From an archaeon (GTDB lineage Archaea > Methanobacteriota_B > Thermococci > Methanofastidiosales > NM3): a stretch of 30,458 nt of DNA. This document shows, in pieces, positions 16,951-25,501 of the stretch. Under the pieces are notes generated by a model. That model saw nothing but the letters and a program-made list of their open reading frames with translations. It did not search any database and was not told the origin of the DNA. The stretch spans positions 1-30,458 of the forward strand of contig RXIG01000022.1 of the NCBI GenBank assembly GCA_004212155.1, in the 5' to 3' direction. Every line of letters starts with the position of its first letter. Within the stretch, counting starts at the first letter, position 1. Position numbers and translations under genes: made by a program.

Positions 16951-18897
16951 ATGGATTTCTTCCCCTACGAGCACCTGCGCCCAAAGCAGGGGGAGTTCAT
17001 ATCGACCGTCTCCGAGGCGGTGCACCTCGGAAAGAATGCCGTTCTCGAGGCCCCGACGGGATTCGGCAAGACCGCATGCGTCCTGGCAGCCGTGCTCCCG
17101 GCCGCGCGCGAGCTCAACAAGAAGGTGGTATACCTCTGCCGCACGCACAAGCAGATGGACCGCGTCATCGAGGAGCTCAAGGCGATAGCGCGAAAGGAAC
17201 CCGTCACGGCTCTCTCGCTTCGGGGCAGGAAGGAGATGTGCCTCTCGCCGCTCGTGCTCAATCATACGCAGGACTCGAGCTCATCGATGTACGTATGCAG
17301 GCTCCTGCGCAAGATGAAGCGCTGCACCCACTACAACGCGACCAAGGAAAAGGAGGAGCGCGCCTACGAGCTCGAGGTTCTCTTCTCCCGGGGGCCCGTC
17401 TACAGCCACGAGATCAAGGAGGTGTGCGAACGCGAGGCGATGTGCCCCTACGAGGTCGCCAAGGCGGTGATGAAAAACACGGAGGTCATCGCATGCTCGT
17501 ACATGTACCTCTTCCACCCCGACATCCGGGAGGGATTCCTCGAGGGGCTTGGCGTCACGCTCGAGGACGTCATCGTCGTCATAGACGAGGCGCACAACCT
17601 GCCCGACCTCGCAATCGACCTCGGCTCGTCCCGCCTCTCGCTCAACGCGCTCAAAAACGCCTCGCGCGAGGCGTCCGAGTACAACGAGCGCGACATCGCG
17701 GCGCTCTTCGAGATGACGTACCAGGCGATGCTTGCGCTCGACTCGAAGTACAAGCTCGAGATGGGCGACGAGGCGCGCATCATGCCCGCCGAGCTGCTCG
17801 GCTACTTCTTCGGCAAGCGCCACACCCCGTTTCTCAAGGAGAAGAACCTCACCGAGCTCGAGGAGTTCCTCGGCTATGTGGTCAAGCAGGGCGAAGAGGT
17901 GCAAAAGGAGATGCTCAAGAAGGGCAAGCCTCCGCGCTCCTACATCCACAGCTGCGGCGTTTTCCTGAGCAACTGGCTCGCCATGCGGGGCAGGAAGGAC
18001 TTTTGCTACCTGCTCGTGAGCTACCAGACCAAGGCGGAGACACAAAGCGTCCGCCTCGAGATCGTCGACCTCGACCCACGAAACATCACTACGCAGGTCA
18101 CCTCGGCCTGCCACTCCGCCATCGCCATGTCGGGCACGCTATCGCCGCTTGTCGCCTACGCAGAGACGATAGGCCTCACGACCTACGAGGCGGGGCAGTA
18201 TCCCTCCCCGTTCCAGCGCTCGAACATGCTCGTGCTGGCGGCGCGCGGCGTGACGACGAAGGGGTCGTATCGCGGGCTCGAGATGTACCGCAAGCTCGCC
18301 TCCAAGGCTGCCGAGGTCGCCAACAACACGCCCAAGAACGTCGGCATCTTCGCACCGTCGTATGAGGTGCTCGAGGGGCTGCTGGCCGGTGGATTCAGAT
18401 ATATCGTCGAAAAGCCGCTCTTCGTCGAGTCGCGCAAGCTCTCGTCTGCCGAAAACGACGAGCTCGTTCGCACGTTCAAGGACCACGAAAGCCACGGCGG
18501 CGCCGTGCTGCTCGGCGTGCTCGCGGGGCGAAACGCCGAAGGGCAGGACTATCCCGGCGACGAGATGAACTGCGTGATACTGCTCGGGATACCATATGCG
18601 CGCCCGACGGCGCGCGTCAAGGCGCAGATCGACTACTACACCGAGGCGTTTCCCTCCAAGGGGCGCTATTACGGATACTATCTCCCCGCGCACCGCAAGC
18701 TCAATCAAGGGGCGGGACGTGCGCACCGCCGCCTCGAGGACAAGGCCGCCATCGTCTTTCTTGACTACCGCGTGCTCCAGCCGTTCGTGAAAAAGGACGT
18801 TTCCGGATGGATCGCCCGCTCGCTTCGGCCCATCGACGACAAGCCGGGGCTCCTGGCACGCTACATCGAGACGTTCTTCTACGGCGTACCGAAGTGA
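16951..18897 (+). CDS. xpd: XPD/Rad3-family Fe-S SF2 DNA helicase
   Basis: FPYEHLRPKQ Q-motif, APTGFGKT, four Fe-S Cys (EMCL, YVC, KRC, MCPYE), IDEAHNL, MSGTLSP, EGQDYPG, QGAGRAHR. Confidence 0.92.
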   Translation: MDFFPYEHLRPKQGEFISTVSEAVHLGKNAVLEAPTGFGKTACVLAAVLPAARELNKKVVYLCRTHKQMDRVIEELKAIARKEPVTALSLRGRKEMCLSPLVLNHTQDSSSSMYVCRLLRKMKRCTHYNATKEKEERAYELEVLFSRGPVYSHEIKEVCEREAMCPYEVAKAVMKNTEVIACSYMYLFHPDIREGFLEGLGVTLEDVIVVIDEAHNLPDLAIDLGSSRLSLNALKNASREASEYNERDIAALFEMTYQAMLALDSKYKLEMGDEARIMPAELLGYFFGKRHTPFLKEKNLTELEEFLGYVVKQGEEVQKEMLKKGKPPRSYIHSCGVFLSNWLAMRGRKDFCYLLVSYQTKAETQSVRLEIVDLDPRNITTQVTSACHSAIAMSGTLSPLVAYAETIGLTTYEAGQYPSPFQRSNMLVLAARGVTTKGSYRGLEMYRKLASKAAEVANNTPKNVGIFAPSYEVLEGLLAGGFRYIVEKPLFVESRKLSSAENDELVRTFKDHESHGGAVLLGVLAGRNAEGQDYPGDEMNCVILLGIPYARPTARVKAQIDYYTEAFPSKGRYYGYYLPAHRKLNQGAGRAHRRLEDKAAIVFLDYRVLQPFVKKDVSGWIARSLRPIDDKPGLLARYIETFFYGVPK

Positions 18898-18929
18898 AGT
18901 ATTTTTAATGTGAACGTACAAGGAGTGCC

Positions 18930-19655
18930 ATGGACAGATACTGCCGTAACGTCACGTTCTCGGGAATTGGCGAGGAGGGACAGCGCAGGATCGAGGAAAG
19001 CAGCGTCGCCGTCGTGGGGCTTGGTGCCCTGGGCGGAACGATCGCCACGCACCTCGTGCGGGCGGGAGTTGGCACGCTCACCGTCTGCGAGCACGACACG
19101 ATCGATGTCCACAACATCCAGCGCCAGCTCCTCTACACGGAGCCGGACGTGGGGAGACCAAAGCTTCACACGGCCGTCGAGGCGCTCGGGAAAATGAACT
19201 CATCCGTGAAGATACGGGCATACGACGAATTCCTTGATAGCAACAACGCAGAGCGCATCCTGGGCGGCGCAGACCTTGTCGTCGACGGCACCGACCGCAT
19301 GGGCCCGCGCTACGTGATGAACGCGTTCTCCGTCGCCCACGGCGTCCCTTACATCTACGGCGGCGTGCTTGGCGGATACGGCATGACGCTTTCGATCGTG
19401 CCCCCTGCGACACCGTGTCTCGCATGCGTCTTCCCCCCGAGCGAGAGGATGGACCACCTCCCCACGTGTGCCGACGTGGGCATCGTCAACACGGTCCCCG
19501 CCATCATCGGGTCGATGCAGGCCACCGAGGCGCTCAAGGTGATCGTTGGCGGGCCGCACTCGAAGGACCTCATCATCTACGATGTCTGGGAGCAGACGTT
19601 TGACAAGGTGCCTGTGAAAAAGAGGCCGGGATGTCCCGTGTGCGGCTCAGGGTGA
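18930..19655 (+). CDS. ThiF/MoeB/HesA-family E1-like adenylyltransferase
   Basis: IGEEGQRRI, VGLGALG, NIQRQLLY, VVDGTD, PCLAC, catalytic-type PTCA..G, C-terminal CPVC. Confidence 0.93.
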   Translation: MDRYCRNVTFSGIGEEGQRRIEESSVAVVGLGALGGTIATHLVRAGVGTLTVCEHDTIDVHNIQRQLLYTEPDVGRPKLHTAVEALGKMNSSVKIRAYDEFLDSNNAERILGGADLVVDGTDRMGPRYVMNAFSVAHGVPYIYGGVLGGYGMTLSIVPPATPCLACVFPPSERMDHLPTCADVGIVNTVPAIIGSMQATEALKVIVGGPHSKDLIIYDVWEQTFDKVPVKKRPGCPVCGSG

Positions 19656-19790
19656 GTCGTCGTTGACCCATACGACCTTCTTCCCGATGAAGATCTTCTT
19701 GCCCTTGTTGACCTTTTTCTTCTTTGATTCCTTGCGCTTCTGTGCAAGGGACTTGCCCTCGCCCTGTCTCCACTTCTTCGACTTTGCCAT
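19647..19790 (-). CDS. Small (47 aa) extremely lysine-rich protein
   Basis: MAKSKKWRQGEGKSLAQKRKESKKKKVNKGKKIFIGKKVVWVNDDSP*. GGTGA RBS overlaps the GNAT stop codon; AAG-dominated Lys codons. Confidence 0.65.
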   Translation of the reverse strand: MAKSKKWRQGEGKSLAQKRKESKKKKVNKGKKIFIGKKVVWVNDDSP

Positions 19791-19795
19791 TCGCA

Positions 19796-20329
19796 TCACC
19801 GCATCTGTGTGTCGTGCTCCTCGCGCAGTATCCCCATGACCATCGCGTCGTGGTAGGCGCCGTTGCCGTAATGGTGGCGCCGCAGCACGCCCTCGCGGCT
19901 GAATCCGCACTTCTCGTAGCTGCGTATCGCGCGTTCGTTGTACGCAAAGACGGTAAGGTAGACCCTGTTGAGATTGAGCGTACCGAACGCGAAGGAAAGG
20001 AGCGTTTGCATCGCGTCGGTGCCAAGCCCCGTGCCCCAGCAGTCCTTCTCGCCGATGACGATGCCTGCCTCTGCCTTCCTGGCAACCCAGTCGATGTCGT
20101 GAAGGCCGACGTTGCCGATATGCCTGTTCGTGCCTCGCTCGACGATGCCAAAGACCTTGTTGCGATCGTCGGACTGCTGGCGCTCATACCACGACGTCTC
20201 CTGGTCGAGGGAAATGGGATACGTGACCAGAAGGTAGGTGGTGATCTCGGTGTCGTTCATCCATTGGTGCATGCGGGCGATGTCCGTGCGCTCGAGCGCG
20301 CGAAGCATGGTGCGCTTACCCTCGATCAT
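19796..20329 (-). CDS. GNAT N-acetyltransferase, RimJ/RimL family
   Basis: LRALE..D, HIGNVGL, AEAGIVIGEK..WGTGLG, NERAIRSYEKCGF..EGVLR. Confidence 0.92.
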   Translation of the reverse strand: MIEGKRTMLRALERTDIARMHQWMNDTEITTYLLVTYPISLDQETSWYERQQSDDRNKVFGIVERGTNRHIGNVGLHDIDWVARKAEAGIVIGEKDCWGTGLGTDAMQTLLSFAFGTLNLNRVYLTVFAYNERAIRSYEKCGFSREGVLRRHHYGNGAYHDAMVMGILREEHDTQMR

Positions 20330-20331
20330 GC

Positions 20332-21057
20332 CTACACCCCTGAGACGATCTCTCGCACCGCGTCATGGTCGTCAGCGATGCGGGCAAAAGAGAACGCGTC
20401 GCAGTACTCGAGGATGGCCTGGGCGCTTGCGGTGTCACGCACCGAGTTGTTGCCTATAAGGAAGAGGTCATCCGGGATCTCCCGAAAGACACTGAAGTCG
20501 GGCGCGTCCTTTCCCTTGAGCATCGCATCGACGTGGAGCACGTCGCAGCAGCCCTCCACCGCGTTGGCGATGGCAAGCTCCGGTACGATGTTTCCGCGAA
20601 ACTTCAGGACCGTCGTGACGCCAAGCTCGTTTTTGATCTGCCAGAGGATCTCCTGGAGCTTCGAGAAGTCGTAGAGCAGCGCCTGTCCGGCGCCGATGGA
20701 GGTCATCTCGTCCTGGCGGCAGTGGGCGTCGATCTCCACGATGCCTCCCGCCTCGGCGATGACTGCGGCCGCGTCAAGGTAGCCGCCGACGGTGGCAGAA
20801 CGGATGTTGACGGCGACAAGCGCCTCCGATTCGCGGGCGATTGCCACCTGCTCCCGGATGTAGTCCTCATGGTTGTGAACGAAAAATTCACTGCGTCCGC
20901 GCTCGATCATCTTCTTGGTCTGGGACTTGGCAACGTCGTCGACGCTAAGGCCGCCGATGGTCACCATGCCGAGCCCGAGGGCGCCGAGGTCGCGGCAGTA
21001 CGCTCCATCGTTTCGGCCCGCGTATGCTGCCAGCACTGAGGGGTGTCGCAATCTCAA
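20332..21057 (-). CDS. MJ0144-family dihydrouridine synthase-like TIM-barrel protein
   Basis: VLAAYAG.NDG, ERGRSEF, VAVNIRS, EIDAHCRQ.EM...GAGQALL, LHVDAM, IGNNSVRD, SFAR. Confidence 0.82.
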   Translation of the reverse strand: MRLRHPSVLAAYAGRNDGAYCRDLGALGLGMVTIGGLSVDDVAKSQTKKMIERGRSEFFVHNHEDYIREQVAIARESEALVAVNIRSATVGGYLDAAAVIAEAGGIVEIDAHCRQDEMTSIGAGQALLYDFSKLQEILWQIKNELGVTTVLKFRGNIVPELAIANAVEGCCDVLHVDAMLKGKDAPDFSVFREIPDDLFLIGNNSVRDTASAQAILEYCDAFSFARIADDHDAVREIVSGV

Positions 21058-21977
21058 TCAATCACCAAATAGCGTTTGATATCCTCTCCAAGCGCCCTGC
21101 TCGTATATAAATCTTTCATGAATATGTCGGTCGCATGCACCCCGAGGCCCATCTCCTCGAGTTCGGGCACAAGCGCCGCATCGGATGTGTCGATGATGAT
21201 GTCATCAAGGATGGAGTGGTAGATCTCGGCGACGCCTACGGCGGAGAGCGTGTATCCAAGACCGTGCATGAGCGTGGTCGCAGGACCGCTGAACGCGCCC
21301 GACCCCACAAGCGGGCTGACAGCGACGGTGCGCTTCTCCTTGCACAGCTCGTAGATCTCCGAGACGGACAGTATGGGAAGGATCGACGTCACGGGATTCG
21401 AGGGTCCGATGAGGACGACATCGGACGCCTCGATGCAAGCGCGCAGCTCCCCGGTGATCGTCGCCGTGTCGCTCCCGTTGAACGCGACGGCATCGACGAT
21501 GTGCCTGCCCCTGTCGCGCACCCAGAACTCGTGGAACGTAAGGGGTCCTTCGTCGGTAGATACGATGGTCTGCACGGGGTCGTCGCTCATGGGAAAGACG
21601 CGCTCCTCGATGTTCCAGCGCTCGCACTGCTCACGTGTGACCTGGGAAAGCGTTGCACCTTCCGAGAGCCTCACGGTACGATACAGCTTCGTGGCGCGGT
21701 CCTTGTCCCCCATGCGCAGGAGCTCGTTGTAGCCGAACGCGAGCATGGCGTCATACGTGTGGAACGTATCGTCTGCCATTCCGTACCACTTCTGCTGGTC
21801 GATAACGCCTGCAAGGGCATAGATGACAGAATCGAGGTCGGGCGACATGCGAGAACCGCTCACGAGCGTGTCCTCTGCGGTGTTTGCCACCACACATATG
21901 GAATCGCGTGCAAGCACCCTCTGGAGGCCCATGAGGAGCTTGGGCGTGCCCGTTCCCCCGGAGAGAACAGTGATCAT
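21054..21977 (-). CDS. cofD: 2-phospho-L-lactate transferase (coenzyme F420 biosynthesis)
   Basis: MITVLSGGTGTPKLL, NTAED, SPDLDSV.Y, GDKDRAT, PMSDDPV, FHEFWV, IGPSNPVTSI.PIL, VAVSP..G..AFSGPA. Confidence 0.93.
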   Translation of the reverse strand: MITVLSGGTGTPKLLMGLQRVLARDSICVVANTAEDTLVSGSRMSPDLDSVIYALAGVIDQQKWYGMADDTFHTYDAMLAFGYNELLRMGDKDRATKLYRTVRLSEGATLSQVTREQCERWNIEERVFPMSDDPVQTIVSTDEGPLTFHEFWVRDRGRHIVDAVAFNGSDTATITGELRACIEASDVVLIGPSNPVTSILPILSVSEIYELCKEKRTVAVSPLVGSGAFSGPATTLMHGLGYTLSAVGVAEIYHSILDDIIIDTSDAALVPELEEMGLGVHATDIFMKDLYTSRALGEDIKRYLVID

Positions 21978-22056
21978 TACAGCTAATGCAAAAAGTGTGA
22001 ATAAAAATGTTGTGAGGGAAATGTCCCTCGATGTAAGAAAAAAGAAACGCCGGGGC

Positions 22057-22308
22057 CTAGAGCTTTTCTAGCCTGGCGTTTATCTCCTTGAGCTCCGTCT
22101 CGAGCCTGCCCTTGAGCGCCTCGAGCCGTGACTTGTCGTCCTCAGGATACCAACGGCAGTAGAGGCCGCGTCCGGGGCCTCTGCCGCGGCCTCGGCCGCG
22201 CATCGGCCTGCGCACGGGCATTGCATCGCTTCCGCTCACACACGGGCCCATGCCCCATCCGGTGCCGGGTCCTTCCCCGTTTGGTCCTGTTCCATCTCTT
22301 CCTGGCAT
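22057..22308 (-). CDS. DUF5320 family protein
   Basis: MPGRDGTGP.GEGPGTGWGMGPC, RG-rich middle, C-terminal coiled coil. GAGGTGA RBS. Confidence 0.85.
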   Translation of the reverse strand: MPGRDGTGPNGEGPGTGWGMGPCVSGSDAMPVRRPMRGRGRGRGPGRGLYCRWYPEDDKSRLEALKGRLETELKEINARLEKL

Positions 22309-22322
22309 ATGTCTCACCTCTT

Positions 22323-22640
22323 TTATTCATCGATGACCATATCGGCATCGTCCACGATCTCGAGCCCCCTGCCGTGATAGATCGACTCTATCACCTTCCG
22401 ACGCGCCTCCTGAAGGTCCACCCAGAGCGTCTTTCGGGAGACGCCCATCGCTTCGGCGGCATCCTCCTGCGTCAACCCCTCATGGTCAACGAGGCGCATG
22501 GCCTCGAGCTCTTCGAGTCGGATGGTGAGGGCGCTTGGGAGCTGTCGGTCCGATGGCCCGAATCGGCGGTGTCGCGGGATTGCCGCGATGTGCCTGGGCC
22601 GTCGGCCTCGTCCTCTCCTGCGTCCTCGTCCGAATGGCAT
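22323..22640 (-). CDS. DUF134 (UPF0251) predicted DNA-binding protein
   Basis: RGRRPRHI, EELEAMRLVDHEGLTQEDAAEAMGVSRKT, ARRKV. Confidence 0.9.
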   Translation of the reverse strand: MPFGRGRRRGRGRRPRHIAAIPRHRRFGPSDRQLPSALTIRLEELEAMRLVDHEGLTQEDAAEAMGVSRKTLWVDLQEARRKVIESIYHGRGLEIVDDADMVIDE

Positions 22641-22657
22641 GATGATCACTTGTTAAT

Positions 22658-22671
22658 TACACATATGAGTA
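22658..22671. promoter_or_regulatory. Imperfect palindrome TACaCATATGaGTA, candidate operator of the DUF134-DUF5320 operon
   Basis: 12 of 14 positions self-complementary; lies between the - strand TATA box (about 22677-22684) and the DUF134 start. Confidence 0.5.
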
Positions 22672-22750
22672 GTAAATATATAAAGTTTTCGGTTCTCCTA
22701 AATTTTTATTAAAAAATGATGCTTCATTCCGCTCATGAAAATGATGGCAT

Positions 22751-23539
22751 TCAGATTACCTCCTGGCGCAGCAGCGCGAAGAATCGCTCCCGCGCATAAC
22801 GCTCGTTCCACGGCGTGTGGCCGCACTGCGCAAGAAGCTTGAATCGAAAGTCGCGAACCGTTCGTGAAAGCGGGTCGAAAACACCTTCGTATGGATGGGG
22901 GTCGTAGTCCCCGTGCAGCGCGACGATGGGACATGTGACGGTGCGCGCGGCATCGAGCAAGCTCCCGTCGGTGCGCATCGCGCGCGCCTCCGCCCATACA
23001 TAGCGGTTCACCTCCGGCTGGAACTCGACGACATCGCTTTCCATCCCCAGCGGGTCGAACGTATCCGCCTTTTCCATGAGGGCGCCAAACCGTGCGAACA
23101 GCTCGTGTTCCATCGGGGACGACCGGTCGTTGAGGGCGTCGAGCAGTTCAAGCGCCTCGCTGCGATCGTCGCGGCCAAGGCGCGAAAGCCTCGTGCTCAT
23201 GACCACCTCTGCATGGTCATCCTCGAACGGGCCACTGCCGATGAGTATGAGCTTTTTGACCTTGTCTGGATGCCGGGCTGCGTAGAATATGCCAAGCCAG
23301 GCGCCCCATGACCATCCGATGAGCATGACAGGCGGGTCGGCGTGCCCCGAGATCTGCTCATGGAGCTCGTCGACCTGTCCGACGACCGACATTGCGGACT
23401 GATACGGTTCCAGCACCCCTATGTCGCGTGAGAGCTCGTGCGCCACCGGGGCCATGCCCCTGGGGGCGCCAGGACCGCCGTGCAGCACGGCGATCGAGTA
23501 CGGGGGCCCGCCATGCATTCGAAGGGACGTATGGGGCAT
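22751..23539 (-). CDS. Alpha/beta-fold hydrolase
   Basis: VLHGGPGA oxyanion motif, nucleophile elbow GWSWG, HGDYDPH, CGHTPW. Start position uncertain. Confidence 0.9.
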   Translation of the reverse strand: MPHTSLRMHGGPPYSIAVLHGGPGAPRGMAPVAHELSRDIGVLEPYQSAMSVVGQVDELHEQISGHADPPVMLIGWSWGAWLGIFYAARHPDKVKKLILIGSGPFEDDHAEVVMSTRLSRLGRDDRSEALELLDALNDRSSPMEHELFARFGALMEKADTFDPLGMESDVVEFQPEVNRYVWAEARAMRTDGSLLDAARTVTCPIVALHGDYDPHPYEGVFDPLSRTVRDFRFKLLAQCGHTPWNERYARERFFALLRQEVI

Positions 23540-23651
23540 TGACAAGAGTGGAGAGGGCCTCCATGAAGTATTTTTTCCTCTGTGTTGCAGGGGGGTGAAA
23601 CACGTGGCGCATGATAAACCATATATATGTCACCTGCAGACCTGACACCCA

Positions 23652-23825
23652 ATGAACGACATCGTCGTGTGCCCCCATTGCGGATTCAGGTTCTCTCGCG
23701 CATACTCGCGTATCAAGATGTGCGGGGGGTGTCCACAATCGGTGGGACAGTGCGGCAGCATCATGTGCCCCCGCTGCAAAAAAGAGTTTGGTCTTCATGA
23801 GGGTAATAGCTTCGGGAACGTTTGA
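23652..23825 (+). CDS. Small 57-aa Cys-rich metal-binding protein (not in ORF track)
   Basis: Read by hand: MNDIVVCPHCGFRFSRAYSRIKMCGGCPQSVGQCGSIMCPRCKKEFGLHEGNSFGNV*. Seven Cys; TATA (CATATATA 23620-23627) about 25 nt upstream. Confidence 0.75.
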   Translation: MNDIVVCPHCGFRFSRAYSRIKMCGGCPQSVGQCGSIMCPRCKKEFGLHEGNSFGNV

Positions 23826-24228
23826 CCACCTCCACGACGGCCACAGGCTCTTCATCTCCACCGCCATCGAAAAGGGGTATGCGCTCATAGGGCTTACCGT
23901 CGACGCCATGACAGAGGATAAGGAATATGCCGGGCTCATACAGCCCTACGAGGTCAGGAAGGCTGCCATCATCGAATGGCTAGCGCTTGAAGGGTATGAA
24001 CATGGCACCCATTACGAGATCCTCCCCATATCGACCCCCATAGGATTCGCATGTGACATGGAACGTTGCGATGCGATCCTCGTGACAGAGGAGAACGAGG
24101 AAATGGTCGAGGGGATCAACAGGTGCCGCGCGCTTCGCGGACTCGCGCCGCTGCGAACGGAACGCTGCGGCCTCCTCAGGGACAGGCGGGGAAAGATATC
24201 CTCGACACGCATCCGCTCATCGATCTAG
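23797..24228 (+). CDS. coaD: Archaeal-type phosphopantetheine adenylyltransferase (HxGH nucleotidyltransferase)
   Basis: SGTFDHLHDGH, IGLT.D, IQPYEVR, IN..R..RGL.PL, KISSTRIR. Confidence 0.85.
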   Translation: MRVIASGTFDHLHDGHRLFISTAIEKGYALIGLTVDAMTEDKEYAGLIQPYEVRKAAIIEWLALEGYEHGTHYEILPISTPIGFACDMERCDAILVTEENEEMVEGINRCRALRGLAPLRTERCGLLRDRRGKISSTRIRSSI

Positions 24229-25143
24229 GCGCGTGAGCCGCGCGATGAACATGCCGTTTGAATCGTTCGTGTGCGGATGGATCCTGCCGCAAAGCGAGAC
24301 GCCCTCGTTGAGCCGTTTCCCGAACGGTGACGCAAACGCAGGGGATATGACCGCATGCGACGCCAGGAGCGGCTCCGTTCGCACAGGCTGTGTCCTGAGC
24401 GCCCAGTCGATGACCATCTCGTTTTCCTCCGGCTCAAGGGAGCACGTCGCATAGACGACGGTGCCACCCGGCCTGACCGACGCTATCGCCTTCTCGATCA
24501 GACCCTTTTGCAGCGCCTGCATGAACACTATGTCCTCCCGCCCGCGCGACGTCTTTCGCGTAGGGTCCTTTCGCATGACGCCGCTTCCCGTGCAGGGGGC
24601 GTCAAGCAGCACCCTGTCGAACTTCGTGGAAGGGGTAAACGTCCGGGCATCGGACTGTATGATGATCGTGTCGCGGCAGCCCATTCGAGCGACGTTGTTC
24701 TTGAGCGCCTGGAGCTTGGATGATGAAACGTCGGTGGCGACGACGACCCCTGTGTTTGCCATGAGCTGGCAGACATGCGTCGTCTTCCCGCCGGGGGCTG
24801 CGCACATGTCCCACACGGATTCGTTGCGCTCGCATGCAAGCTGGGGCGCGACCGCCATCTCTGCGGCGCCCTGGAGATAGAAGTGGCCAAAGAGGTGCTC
24901 AGGCGTCGATGACAGGGAAAATTGCGCATCGATGATGCGCATGCCCACCGTATCAATGGGTTCAAGGGACACACCGCGACGCCTGAGGTGTGAAGAAAGC
25001 GCATTGAAGCTCGTCTTGAGCGTGTTGACCCGAAGCGTCGTGTCAAGCGGCCGATCGATGGTTGAGAGAAAAGAGTCGAGCTCGGCACCGTAGAGTTCCT
25101 TGTAGCGCTCGTACATGTAGGGGCTCAGTGTCGCAGGCACCAT
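24217..25143 (-). CDS. RsmB/NOL1/NOP2-family RNA m5C methyltransferase
   Basis: LRVNTLK, DMCAAPGGKT, FDRVLLDAPCTGSG, VVYATCSLEPEENE. Confidence 0.95.
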   Translation of the reverse strand: MVPATLSPYMYERYKELYGAELDSFLSTIDRPLDTTLRVNTLKTSFNALSSHLRRRGVSLEPIDTVGMRIIDAQFSLSSTPEHLFGHFYLQGAAEMAVAPQLACERNESVWDMCAAPGGKTTHVCQLMANTGVVVATDVSSSKLQALKNNVARMGCRDTIIIQSDARTFTPSTKFDRVLLDAPCTGSGVMRKDPTRKTSRGREDIVFMQALQKGLIEKAIASVRPGGTVVYATCSLEPEENEMVIDWALRTQPVRTEPLLASHAVISPAFASPFGKRLNEGVSLCGRIHPHTNDSNGMFIARLTRLDR

Positions 25144-25188
25144 AACCGACCTCGTCGCTGGCTTGCCATGCCCTCCGTCAGGTGCGCA

Positions 25189-25467
25189 TCACGTCGATGC
25201 GTCCGAATGCACCTTCTCGCTGACGATGCGCTCCCGTTCGTTGGTCGTCGAAAGCTCGCCCAGCATCTTGTTGAGCTTGGTCGTGCTAAGCTTGAAGTAC
25301 TTGCAGTAACGGGTCATCTCGTCCTCGCTCCGCTTGTAGGGCGTGGTAAAAAAGACGTTTCGCGTGAGAAAGTCGACCGACTCCTCGCATAGTTTGGTCG
25401 ATTCCCTGTTGCAGATCCTGCATGCACTGTAGCGTTCGAGTACCACATGGATATCGTCGTCGGACAT
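25189..25467 (-). CDS. Hypothetical protein (92 aa; CxxC plus two further Cys)
   Basis: Fills the gap between radB and the methylase on the same strand; GAGGCGA RBS-like site upstream. Confidence 0.65.
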   Translation of the reverse strand: MSDDDIHVVLERYSACRICNRESTKLCEESVDFLTRNVFFTTPYKRSEDEMTRYCKYFKLSTTKLNKMLGELSTTNERERIVSEKVHSDAST

Positions 25468-25501
25468 GGTGTCGCCTCACATTTATCTAGGTTGAGGGGG
25501 T

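Noticed and set aside
17076-18365. 429-aa Arg/Gly/Ala-rich alternative-frame ORF
   Set aside because: Off-frame shadow inside xpd.
16951-19655. DinG-like helicase plus E1-like enzyme as a defence system (type IV CRISPR or CBASS/Bil-like)
   Set aside because: The helicase is a typical Fe-S XPD and the E1 is a plain ThiF/MoeB; no cas, E2, JAB, ubiquitin-like or cyclase genes are nearby.
22170-22635. Short repeats such as CCTCGTCC and CCGCGGCC in the DUF5320 and DUF134 genes
   Set aside because: They simply encode Arg-Gly-rich peptide segments; not an array.
22713-22752. Direct repeat AAAATGATG...CATTC occurring twice
   Set aside because: Only two short imperfect copies in a terminator/promoter region; not CRISPR-like and plausibly chance.
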